Source: Amoebophrya sp. A120 (taxonomy: Eukaryota > Protista > Dinoflagellata). Taken from it: a DNA stretch of 64,000 nt. A program made the position numbers and the translations under genes. Below the pieces are notes generated by a model that was not told the origin of the DNA, did not search any database, and saw only the letters and a program-made list of their open reading frames with translations. Numbering within the stretch: the first letter of the stretch is position 1; each line of letters starts with the position of its first letter. The stretch is taken from positions 1,222,709 through 1,286,708 of the forward strand of contig CAJINV010000010.1 in assembly GCA_905178155.1 (NCBI GenBank). The letters are read 5' to 3'. Positions 15,001-24,700 of the stretch are shown here, in pieces.

Positions 15001-16222
15001 AGCCGGATTATTAGCGGGGACCCCCAAAAGAGGTCAAAAAGAGGGTCTGCGAGAGGTCTGCGAGAGGGTAAAAACAGAAAGAATTGGGCGCGAATCCGCA
15101 TGGTGCTGCCCATATTTCGCATTGCAGGCCATTCGCGGACCTGTTTTGCCCGGCGCCTTTCCGTGCCACCCTCTCGCGCACCCTCTCGCGCAACCCTCTC
15201 GCGCTACCCTCTCGCGCCACCCACTCGCTCTACCCTCTCGCGCCGGGCGGCTTCTGTTCGCCCCCGGTGTTCTTTGCAGCTGCTCGCTGCGCAGAGCGCC
15301 CACAGGCGCGGGAAGCGCGCAAGCGGTCCTGCGGGTTGGCGCAACGCAAACAGGCGGCAGGAATCCAGTACGTTTCGCTATGCGCAGGCCCGTGGTGTTG
15401 TGGTCCAATCGGCAAACAGTCTTGCCCCGGCCCAACAGCCTTGCGCTCCGGCGTTAGCCGGAGCATGGCTGGCACTTATCATGCAGGTTTGCATGACAGC
15501 AGCTATGGGGCGGGGGCGTTTTTACATAGGATAAAGCAAAATTACCGCGTCAAATTACTCCAAAACGAAGCGCAGCAAAAAAAGAAGCTGCAATACCGGG
15601 ATTTGCCAACCCGGGAGGACGTGAGCCCGGATTTTGCGCGGGGAAGCTCGCTATCAAATGCAAAAATGTCTGAGTGGTCTGGGAGATTCTGAGACCTGTC
15701 ATGTACGTTTTGCATGAGCCATGATGCCTGTGATGCATGCCGTAGCATCACAGATTTTTCGAGGAGTTCTTGATGCCTATTTCGCATGACAAATGCCCGA
15801 TCCGCGTAGCAAAAATTGCATTCCCTTTGCTACTCATGCAATACAGATTTTTTTGGAATCCAAAAGCAGCATCACAAGTTTGCATTCTTCCAGACCAAGA
15901 CGCTTTTGCATTTGATACTCCCGGAGGAGGTACTACAAACGCGTGAAGCTGTTGTATGAAGACGACAGTGAACAGGAATTATCCTGTGCAAAAGTATCAT
16001 ACTCGTATAGCAGTCATGCATTACAAATCTTTTTCTCAAGGTGAATCCCCATTACAAATTTTTATTTCTCATGCTGAGGAAATTTGTAATGCCTTTATAC
16101 GAGTGCGATACTTGTTTTGCAGTTCATAGGAATCGAAATCCAACAACTGGACTCTGCAGAAGAAAACCTGCAGCTCCCACTGCTGGGTCGAAAAAGGGGT
16201 GGCCGACAAGTGTCTCGGGTGA
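1..16222 (+). CDS. Giant multi-exon Sushi/CCP-like repeat surface protein with C-terminal YfaP/DUF2135-like domain (5' end lies upstream of the window; 3,108 codons including the stop in the window)
   Basis: Frame is open from base 1. Recurrent C-x-x-G-Y...W...C...(N/D)(Y/F)CP modules. Late motifs WDQYPKDLDLY, LEVDHRDGFGPETITMTNVPPGLYKFGVHAF. Removing 23 TIR introns and one GT-AG intron (13985-14150) leaves 9,324 nt in one frame to TGA at 16220-16222. Domain names come from motif recognition only. Confidence 0.8.
2253..2505. mobile_element. Introner-like TIR intron (singleton family)
   Basis: Perfect 37-bp TIR tataacccgctcaggtgttacaatctcaaacgttaca; direct repeat tccgt/tccgt; removal gives LHSVATLKC. 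Confidence 0.92.
2570..2846. mobile_element. Introner-like TIR intron, family A
   Basis: TIR core atgtctgggtctggaag; direct repeat aacga/aacga; removal gives VETTAVC. Confidence 0.92.
3075..3213. mobile_element. Introner-like TIR intron, family B
   Basis: TIR core tgcaaaagtatcgtactcgta; direct repeat gagga/gagga; removal gives FPGEEMPVC. Confidence 0.92.
4187..4448. mobile_element. Introner-like TIR intron, family A
   Basis: TIR tatcaaatg(t/c)aaaaatgtctgggtctggaa; direct repeat cggct/cggct; frame restored. Confidence 0.92.
4992..5246. mobile_element. Introner-like TIR intron, family A
   Basis: Family A TIRs; direct repeat aagca/aagca; removal gives DFKHVPV. Confidence 0.9.
5723..5933. mobile_element. 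Introner-like TIR intron (singleton family)
   Basis: TIR core aaagtgttacagttacacatt; direct repeat atgaa/atgaa; frame restored. Confidence 0.9.
5994..6158. mobile_element. Introner-like TIR intron, divergent family B
   Basis: tatgcagtgcaaa...tttgcaatgcata; direct repeat acgga/acgga; removal gives ANGQRAG. Confidence 0.88.
6369..6501. mobile_element. Introner-like TIR intron, family C
   Basis: tatcct..aaaacgtcccc / ggggacgtttt..aggata; direct repeat cgagg/cgagg; removal gives EDREDDLLC. Confidence 0.9.
8763..9044. mobile_element. Introner-like TIR intron, family A, degenerate right end
   Basis: Family A TIR cores; only a 2-3 bp direct repeat (cg/acg); removing 284 nt gives CSDASVGGIC. Confidence 0.8.
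9283..9533. mobile_element. Introner-like TIR intron, family A
   Basis: Family A TIRs; direct repeat tgatg/tgatg; frame restored. Confidence 0.9.
9591..9735. mobile_element. Introner-like TIR intron, family B
   Basis: Family B TIRs; direct repeat ctcta/ctcta; removal gives DSIEIENE. Confidence 0.9.
10421..10711. mobile_element. Introner-like TIR intron, family C
   Basis: Family C TIRs; direct repeat atcct/atccc (1 mismatch); frame restored. Confidence 0.88.
10766..10973. mobile_element. Introner-like TIR intron (singleton, degenerate TIR)
   Basis: tat...ata ends; aagttcgtcac/gtgacaaactt inverted match; direct repeat caaaa/caaaa; removal gives WYKKYPD. Confidence 0.82.
11033..11297. mobile_element. 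Introner-like TIR intron, family A
   Basis: Family A TIRs; direct repeat aggga/aggga; frame restored. Confidence 0.92.
11715..11919. mobile_element. Introner-like TIR intron (singleton family)
   Basis: TIR core gaaaaaactg(t/c)ttc(g/a)ctgtga; direct repeat tggat/tggat; frame restored. Confidence 0.88.
11938..12969. mobile_element. Introner-like TIR intron, family B, enlarged by a nested insert
   Basis: Family B TIRs at both ends; direct repeat tctta/tctta; removal gives SPLLMHLET, in frame with the next exon. Confidence 0.9.
12055..12937 (+). mobile_element. Non-autonomous Helitron-like insert, copy 1 (nested in an introner)
   Basis: Homologous to 14655-15472. Ends in hairpin gctccggc-ggca-gccggagc followed by atgg-CTGG. 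No TSD seen. Body is gagagg/ccctctcgcg repeats. Helitron class is inferred. Confidence 0.65.
13032..13285. mobile_element. Introner-like TIR intron, family A
   Basis: Family A TIRs; direct repeat aacta/aacta; removal gives AAKLPAVV. Confidence 0.9.
13473..13694. mobile_element. Introner-like TIR intron (singleton family)
   Basis: ta(a/t)gagagtgcaca TIR; direct repeat aacag/aacag; removal gives GNSRLELEVD. Confidence 0.88.
13771..13911. mobile_element. Introner-like TIR intron, family B
   Basis: Family B TIRs; direct repeat gcctc/gcctc; removal gives NVPPGLY. Confidence 0.9.
13985..14150 (+). other. Canonical GT-AG intron
   Basis: gtagtt...accag, phase 0; joins DATPT to VKFWFG; no TIR. Confidence 0.75.
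14261..14369. mobile_element. Introner-like TIR intron, family D (109 bp)
   Basis: ccccatcc/ggatgggg inverted match; direct repeat gtcct/gtcat; frame restored. Confidence 0.82.
14429..15533. mobile_element. Introner-like TIR intron, family C, enlarged by a nested insert
   Basis: tatcctatgtaaa/tttacataggata; direct repeat aagca/aagca; removal gives QQKQNYRV. Confidence 0.9.
14655..15472 (+). mobile_element. Non-autonomous Helitron-like insert, copy 2 (nested in an introner)
   Basis: Same start attactat(c/a)tattatattcatgcgaaaa as copy 1; hairpin gctccggc-gtta-gccggagc followed by atgg-CTGG at the end. Confidence 0.65.
15652..15917. mobile_element. Introner-like TIR intron, family A (opposite orientation to 4187)
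   Basis: Family A TIRs; direct repeat ctcgc/ctccc; interior matches the reverse complement of the 4187 copy. Confidence 0.9.
15980..16128. mobile_element. Introner-like TIR intron, family B
   Basis: Family B TIRs; direct repeat ggaat/ggaat; removal gives EQESKSNNW. Confidence 0.9.
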
Positions 16223-17404
16223 GACAGGACTGGTATGTTAAATTTTGCGATAAAAAGCGCAAGCGCTGGAAGTACTTGGATCTTTAATGCCAGCGACACA
16301 GCACTTTTCACATTTTTTGATTTCTCAAAGCTCAACGCTTTTTCTTTTTTTGCCCCTATCTATTTTTTGCGAATGAAAAAACAACAAACCGACCCTATTT
16401 TCGTACATTATAACCAAAATACAATGAAATTTAATTCCAAATTCATCATGAATCCAATTTTATCAATACTACCGTCTTATTTTCTACTGCTTTAGGAGCA
16501 AGCAGTATTGAGCTACGCTGAAAAACAATTCAAACTAAAGCCAACGACAATAGAATTTACAACCTACATGTACATACGCTGATCTTTATTTCGCAGCTTT
16601 TCAGAAGATGATATTTTTATTTTTTCGTGGCCTCAGGATCGTAGCCATCGTCGTAGCACAAGGAATCTCCGACTCAGTTTCACCTTTTTGCGTGGCCTGT
16701 GTTTATTTTTCGGTGGAAGCAATCTCCACAGGATCACGAAAAAAAGTTTTGCAGCTTATCTTCAAGTACTTATTTCTCGTCGGTGTAAAGAGATACAACA
16801 GGATACCAAAAGAAGGGCATACTAGTCTCAGGGGCCGCGTGGCTTTTCCCACATTTAGGTTCTTTGCTGTTGAAATGGACTTTATGTATCTACGGCAGTT
16901 CTTGTGGTGTTCATACACATTTTAAAGGCGACACCAGAACTTATTTTCTAAAAGCACGACTCCGTGCCCTTTCGAAGATGTCTGTCCGGCAGCGCTGCAA
17001 GAGATCACCCATTCCTAGGTCTTCAGTGACTAATTTTCTCTCCTGAGCTTCTCTCTATGGCATTTTCATTTTCTGAAACACTTTTCCGAAGCTCAAATGG
17101 TATTGAATTGATTTCGGTTACAACACTTACAGCGACAAAGAGGGTCTATCAACAACTAAACGCTGTTTTCGTCTAGACTGTGCTTCTTGTTTGGTTGTTA
17201 GAATTCGAAGCAAATTAACAACCCGTACCGAAACGAGTTAAGTTTACGCAATTTTTGACATTGACTGCAAGGAACGCCATGAGGTTCTAGTTTTTTAGTT
17301 CTAGACAGCAATTCCAGTAGTTGAATAAAGGACCTTTGCAGCGAACAGAATTCCTCTGCAGTTGTATCCAGCTGCACCACAATACCTCGTTGATGGTAAT
17401 CACG

Positions 17405-20400
17405 ATGGCGCCACGCGAGAAGTCGCGAGGCCGCTACCAAATGTAAAAATGTCTGGGTCTGGAAGAATGCAACTTGTAATGCGTATTTCAGAACACAGAA
17501 AAGTCTCTCATGCATACGTAGCAAAAGCTCCCACTTTTTGCCAGCAAAATAGGGGACGTGTCATGCGGATTCGGCATTGCGGAAGGTTCTCGAAACCTGT
17601 GATGCTAGAGCTTCCATGCCAGACCTTCTGTGTCATGCAAAAACAGCATGACTCTTCCAGACCCAGACATTTTTACATTTGATAGCCGCGGCGGCGGCGC
17701 AAAGTCCTCGTCGAAGTCGCGCAGCAAAAGCGGCACTTCCATATCCAATGCAAATATGTCTTTCTCTGGAAGGATGCAAGTTTGCCATGCTTGTCTGGCA
17801 TGACTCATAAATCTGTGATGCAGGAGCAGGAAAAGGGCCTCTTGTCTGTCAAGCAGAAACGCAGTTTGCCATGCGGAAAACGAAACACGACAGCAGCTCA
17901 AAAATTTGTCATGCTGGGCTACATATTGTTATTGCAGTGCGCCCACCAATCACATTTTAGCATCGCAAATTTGTTTCCAGACCCAGACATATTTGCATTT
18001 GATATTCCATGAAGAAGAGCAAGTCGAGCTCGTCCCGGGGGCGAAGCAAAAGCTCGAGCAAAGGCGGGAAAAGCAGCGGAAAATCATCTTCGACAAAAAT
18101 GAAATCTGCCGGTACTAGTGGAACAACTGAAGAAGACACAATCTCCCTCACCACCGCGCCTTTCACGACCTTATACTACTTCGGCTGGTCTTTTTACGAG
18201 TCTTTGGTCTACTACACGGTGGAATTTGTGCAGAGCCAGGCCTTTCTCTTCGCTCTTCTCCCGCTTCTCACCGTCTATTTGGCGACGAAATTTGTCCTGT
18301 TCCCCGAACTCTACACCCCTCCCGGGAAGTGCGGCTCGCGGGCCGCCGCGATGGGAGCTTCAGCGACAGTCGGGGGAACAAAATCAAACACTACAAAATC
18401 CTTCACAACCACCGCAGGACAACCCGATGACTCTGCTTTCGACGGCGGGATTCTGTGGCAGGTGGAGCTGTACACGCTGGAGATTCTGTGGTGGGTGATC
18501 CTGGGCATCCTTTCCTCCGTCGGGTTTGGCACCGGATTACACAGTGGGTTGATGTTCCTGTTTCCGCACATCATGAAGGTGGTCTTTGCGTCGGAGACGT
18601 GCGACTTGTCCGATATGCAGACCATGTATCTCCACCCGTGTAAGTTCGAGTGCGGGAAGCCGTTTAAGGCTGGGCAAGAGTCAACCGCGACTTTGTTCGA
18701 GCTCTGGCTGCGAGTCGTCGTGCCGGTCATGGCCTGGGGTTTCGGTACCGCGGTCGGGGAATTGCCTCCCTACTTCATCAGCCGGCAGGCCAGCATGACG
18801 AAGGGAAAACGGGATGAAGAGTTCGAACGGGAGTTGGAGGTATGTTTTTTTTCCACGGAACTGTCATTTTTTGGTTGAAGATCATTTCAATGCCCCTTGG
18901 CTCTTCATTCCAGTTCCAGTTCCACACCACTACTTACCTTGTGTAGCAGCATGATCATGATCCGAACAATGACAATCCCGACAAGAAGCAGTTCTGTATC
19001 TTCACAGAAAAGCAGCTTCACAAAAACTGGAAAAACCCAGGAATCCCGCGGTGCGACCGATGCGTTTTCGAAGATGAAGATGATGACCATCGATTTCACG
19101 GAGAAATACGGGTTTCTCGGTATCCTATGTAAAAACGTCCCCACCCCATACTCGTAACGCAAATCTGCATGCTAAAATATTTTCTCGTGCGGAGGCCCAT
19201 GAGAAGCGTTTTATAGTCAGGTTTCGGAATTTGTCATGCTCCAATCTTCATGGTGTGCCAGATCTGTGGTGCTGCTGAACTAGCCAAACAGGATTACACT
19301 ACGACGCCAAAGAACCTGTGATGCGCAACAGCCAAAGCTTGTTGATTTGTCTAGCTGATTTGCCATCTTGTTGACTTTGGGGTGGGGACGTTTTTACACA
19401 GGATAGTCGGCGTCTTCCTCCTCGCCTCGTGGCCCAATGCGGCTTTCGACATGTGCGGCATGTGCTGCGGCTACCTGCAGATGCCGTTCTGTATGAACTG
19501 CAAAAGTATCGTACTCGTAGTAATTGCATTTATGCATTACAAAGTTCGTTCCCAAGGTGAATCAGCATGACAAATTCCATTTGTCATGCTGAGGTAATTT
19601 GTGATGGAATTACTACTAGTACGATACTTTTGCACAGGATATTCTGGACCTTTTTCCTCGCAACCGCACTGGGCAAGGGCGTGGTCAAGGTGAATCTCCA
19701 GGCGCTTTTTTTCATCGCGCTGTTCGGCGGCACCTTTTTCAAAATCGTGTTGGTCCCCGTCTCCCGCTTGCTCCAGTCTCTTCTCGGAACTTTGAAGGGT
19801 CTTCTGCCGGACTCGGTGGTGAAGACGGACGTGGCGGCGTTACTGACAAAACAGTATCCTGAATAAAAATTATGTCCCCATCCCAAAGTCAAGTTGGGAA
19901 ATCTGCTAGACAAATCAACCAGCTTTGCTTTTGCGCATGACAAGCTTGTCCTCGTACGTAGTATACTCCTTTCTAACTAGTACTATTTCATGTTGAGCAT
20001 TACAGATCTAGCTTATGACGCTGAAGACTCCAGCATGACAAATTTCAAAACACGAATAGAATGTGCTCCGCACCATAGGTTTGCGCATGAGAAATATTTT
20101 GAGCATGCAGATTTGCATGACAATTATTGGGTGGGGACGATTTTACACAGGATAAACAGCGACAGAAAATCATCTCCAAGTTCGAAAAACAAGCACGCGT
20201 CACCTTCGCCGAAGCCACCGGCGGCGCTGCGCTGCTGACGAAACCGATGTTGTTGAAGCTGTACAAGGGCTTCGAAAAGCCGGAGGGCGTGGTGGAGCGG
20301 ATTCTGGCCTCTTTCGACGCAAACAAGGACGGGAAACTGAGCCAGGCGGAACTTGGGGCGACGATTTCGGGGACCGACGGGAAATTCGCCTTGGGGTCGT

Positions 20401-20546
20401 TGGACCCGGAGGGGGATAGCGACTCCTGGATGAAAATGCTGTGGGATCTGTTTCTCGCGGGGGTGATCGGGTTCTTTTTTTTCAGTATCATTCAGCAGAT
20501 GGCGGCAACCAAGTATGCGGAAGTGACCAGCAAGAAAAAGAAGTAA
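17405..20546 (+). CDS. VMP1: Vacuole membrane protein 1 homologue (VTT/DedA family) with a C-terminal EF-hand; 7 exons, ~555 aa
   Basis: Signature motifs GILSSVGFGTGLHSGLMFLFPHI, WGFGTAVGELPPYFISR, SWPNAAFDMCGMCCG, PFWTFFLATALGK. Removing 5 TIR introns and GT-AG intron 18840-19040 leaves 1,668 nt in frame. An alternative in-frame ATG is at 17393. Confidence 0.9.
17435..17684. mobile_element. Introner-like TIR intron, family A
   Basis: Family A TIRs; direct repeat gccgc/gccgc; frame restored. Confidence 0.9.
17742..18004. mobile_element. Introner-like TIR intron, family A
   Basis: Family A TIRs; direct repeat ttcca/ttcca; removal gives GTSMKKS. Confidence 0.9.
18840..19040 (+). other. Canonical GT-AG intron
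   Basis: gtatgt...cccag, phase 0; joins ERELE to ESRGA. Confidence 0.8.
19121..19405. mobile_element. Introner-like TIR intron, family C (opposite orientation to 14429)
   Basis: tatcctatgtaaaaacgtccccacc / ggtggggacgtttttacacaggata; direct repeat ctcgg/gtcgg. Confidence 0.9.
19492..19641. mobile_element. Introner-like TIR intron, family B
   Basis: Family B TIRs; direct repeat ttctg/ttctg; removal restores the conserved VMP1 motif PFWTFF. Confidence 0.93.
19855..20154. mobile_element. Introner-like TIR intron, family C
   Basis: Family C TIRs; direct repeat aacag/aacag; frame restored. Confidence 0.9.
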
Positions 20547-21785
20547 AAATGAAAATCATCTACTTCGAGGAGATTATCCGTTGGACGAGATAGAAGTTTT
20601 CACACCAGGAAAAAAGAGATCGGATTTGCCTCGGCTTCTCCTCGCTCCTCGTACTTGTCGAAAATACTGTAAGAAAGTAGAAGAAACAGGCCCGCGTGCT
20701 GACGTTACAGAGCATTGCTTGCACTTCTACTTACACTTGTAAACCTCTGATCATTTTTTTAAGTTCTACCCTTCTACAACTTCAAGTTTAACTATTTTCA
20801 ACAGACCCTCCTGTCTTGCAGTATTTCGCATAACACTAACACAAGACGACGAATTGAAGATAACAGACTCGAACCTCCTTAGTACTATGGGAAAACAGAC
20901 GAACAGGCTAGTATTTGACTTTGATATGCTCGCGCGTGCGACCAACCTGTTCTTGATCCGCTAGCTGTGCTGACATTATGGATCTATTAAAACGTCACCT
21001 GCTCCTACTTCTCGTGAGGAAAAGTTTGACTTTGGTCTTCACCAACCAAGCCGCCCAGAGCTTGGTTGCAGTCCCAGCGGGACCATTCTGTCGCGGTCTG
21101 GTGTGTGTGGTGAATTTCTCTTCGGTATTTATCGAATGCAGCAGGAAGAGGACTATCTTCGAAAAGATGACAGAGCTATTTGCTAACCCCGTTCTTCATG
21201 ATTATGACGCGTTTACCGGAAGTGCTATCTTCATGATCTCTAGTACTGCGAAGAGATCCAGAAATACTAGCAGCATATAGCGAACCGCAAGCGCAGACAC
21301 CAGGACCAGCGTTTGCGGGTATATTATTTATTATAATTCGGAGATTGGTTTGGGTATGACTGTGCTAAGTACTGTTTTTCTTTTTTGCGGCACAAAGGAT
21401 CATCAACACAGATGGACTGTCCAATTTTTCTCACAGCGATAACGACCGTGATGCACGACGAGATTCTGATTTTCATTCCAGATCCAGTACATGGTTGCCA
21501 CTATTTCCGGATGTGCCTCCTGCTCCTCCTTGATTGAGCTTCCATCGTGCTGCTAGAAATGGTTTTACAGATGGGAGTTGCAGCATCGTATTCGTCATTA
21601 TTTATTCCCGGGGTCAGGATGAAAATAAATCGTTCTTGTCGCCGCATAACACCAACAAGGAGCTTTTCAACCTTGATGAAAAAAAATCGTTCCTCCTGAC
21701 AAAATGGACAATACGACTAACATGTTATCTAAATTAATACCATAAACTCTTCTGGGGGATGTTGATGTAGCTCGAATGACGAGCC

Positions 21786-24700
21786 ATGAATAGTGATGAC
21801 GAGTTACTGTCTTCGGATCCTGGCGTATCCTCATCTGTATTATCCGGGGACAACGACAATGGTACCACTACCAAGCAGCAGAATGCAGGCGCATCTTTTC
21901 GGGAACCAGGTAAGAATGATCAAACATTTTCGGACAGTGACGATGAGTTTTGCCAGGCTGATGGGCCTACTCCCGCCAGCTCCGCCGGACGAAAAAACGA
22001 CGAAGAGGACCTGGACGACGGCTTCGACGCGGGGCCGCAGGTTGGTCACTCGAGCAAAATCAAGACACGCGAGGAGAACACCAAAAGAACGACTCAAAGG
22101 ACCACCTCTCTGTCAGACTCAGACAGTGACGAAGAGTTTCTGTGCGAGAAAAATTCATCTATGTTATTGTGGGGTAGCAACGACAACGAGGACGATTCCT
22201 CAGATGTAGTAGGTGCCGACGGCGGTGCGGCTGCTGGAATAGGACAGGAAAGGAGAAACTCTGACTCTGGTGACATAGGCGTGGCCTTGGATAGCGACGA
22301 CGAGTTTGTGCACGGGGATCCTCGTGGATCATCGGTTGAGCACGGGGAAAATCGTGTTATGGATTGTAAAAATGTCTGGGTCTCCTGGAAACTTGTGATG
22401 CTGGGTGGCGTATCATGAGGAGGCCACAAGTGCTGGCTCAGCATGACAAGTCTCTGAGCTTCTATATGATGCCTATTCTGCATGACAAACTGCGTTTTTG
22501 CATGACAGAAAAGCTTAAGATTAAACGCCGAGGCCTCTGGAATGGATGGGCTAAGACAGGGAGTGTATAAAGCCCTCACCGATGAGCAGTATGAGGTGCT
22601 AGCAGAAGTATTCAGCAGATTCCTGCAGGAAGTTGAGGAATATGAGCTGAGACAAAACATGGGGAAAGGGCCAAAACTACTAGAGGAGCGCCTGAATGTG
22701 GTGCAGGTAGAGCTGCTAAAAAAGCAAACAGCAGCAACGACCGCGATAGAAAAAATAAGGACAGTAATACAAGGGACAGCGATTATGGGGGTGCTGATGA
22801 GCGCGGTAGTATATGAGATGGCACGAGTAGCAGACAAAAGCGACGCGCTCACACGATGCGGCTCAGCCTCGAAGCCAGGCGCAAGCTGTCAAGCCACAGC
22901 GCTGCAAGTGCTGGAGACCTGTCACGGGGGAGAAGCACGAGAGAAAGGAGAAGAAGGGAAGAAAGAAGAGAAGGGAAAGAAAGAAGAAAAGACAGCGACA
23001 GTAGTTTTTGGGCTAGATGCATCAAATTACTTCAACAGCATAGGACTCCCCCGAGCGGTGGCAGCCTATAGGGCCGCGAAGCTACACCCGTGCTTTATAA
23101 AACTGATAATAGTAACAGCATGGACAAAAGACCTATGGATTAGAAACGGCGAGCGCTCCGGTCATGTGATAAGACGTCGCGAGCTTATCCAGGGCGCCGT
23201 AGAAACGATGCTCGCGGGGACCCTGATCTTCCTCCCGGGAGTGGAAATTATTGCGGAATTTTTAGAGGAGATTTTTGATGAAAGTGGACGAGTAAACGAG
23301 AGCAGATTGCAGGCAGCAGAGGCGAAAACGAGAACAAGAGGAAAGCGACTATACAAAGGGGGGGATGTCGACACGACGTTCCCGGACTACGACTACAGGA
23401 CAGAAGTGGGCGAAATCTATCACAAAGAAGCCTCGCCGGCGGAAACGGGTTACAGGAGAGGAGAAAAGGCGACAACGGGCAAGGAGAAAGGGGGTAAAGA
23501 CAGGGAGAAGAAAAAAACAGAAACAAGATACTACTCGGGAGTCTTGCGGGGCGTCAGCAATAAAAAGTGGACGCTTTGTGTTCAGTATGTCGATGGCGGC
23601 ACCCTAGTGGTGAAGTTTTACATAGAGGATACAAAACCTATAGTGAGGGCATTAAAAGCAGCAAGCTGGGCATACGAGGAGACTTATGCAACGGAAGGCC
23701 AGTTTTTGGCGCCACAGAAGTGCGAGTTAGCAACATCCATAAGGGACGCGAAACTGGTTAACCTGCTCCGGCAAGCATTCCAGCCTTTCGGAATACTATT
23801 CGAGGAGAAGAGCTTCCTAAAGATTCTGGGCATCAAAATAGTGCCGCAAGACAAAGAAGAGCAGGCGAAAGTCCTGCAGGGGCAGGCGAGGCAAAGTATA
23901 GGGATCGGCCAGCACCTGGCGCGCCAGGTGATGATGCGAAGAAGGGGGCTGAACGGAGAGGAATTGACTTGGGTGGTGCAGGTGTTTTTCGTCTCGGCAA
24001 TGATTTACTATCTTCCAGCAATGCGTCGCTTCTTCGAAATAAAAAAATGGGCAGAATTAATGGGAGAGATGGCGCTGACAATAGCAGAAGCAATGGGGAT
24101 GACAATGGAGGTCGTGGAGGAAATAATGAAAAGAACAGGAACAGAAGCAGAGACGTTTTACAGGGTGATCTTTGGCATGAACATGCTAGGGCTCGCGGAT
24201 CCGTACACGATGGGGCTGAAAACGTTGCGGGCAACAGCGCAGGCCAACTACCTGACGGACCCAAGTATGTTTGCGCCTCTAGCGACGACACCAGTAAAGG
24301 TAGTGGGACAATCGAAAGCGGGTATATCCAAAACAGATGAGCGCCAGATACTGAAAAGAAAAGAAGCAGACATCGCGCTCCTGCAGGCGCTTAGCGACGG
24401 GGCAAAAGTGAGGCTATCGCCTGGGAGCGACTTGCGAGCGTGTGGAATAGTAAAGCAGCGCAGCGCAGTAGGGAAACTGAGGACGGCGAGCCAATATACA
24501 CACCGATCGCACAGAGCCGCCCCCGGCGCCAGGCTCTTTATTTTCGCGCTAATTTTCCTACAGTCGGCGCTCTTGTGGGGGCACTAATTTCTTGTCTAAG
24601 TTTTTGTGTAATTTCTTGTCTAATTTCCTGTCTAAGTTTTTGTTTAAGTTTTTGTCTAATTTCTTGTCTATTTTCCTGTCTATTTTTTTGTCTATTTTCC

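Noticed and set aside
12122-15692. ORFs across the gagagg/ccctctcgcg repeats on both strands
   Set aside because: Low-complexity GC-rich repeats are open in several frames, lie inside introns, and show no domain motifs.
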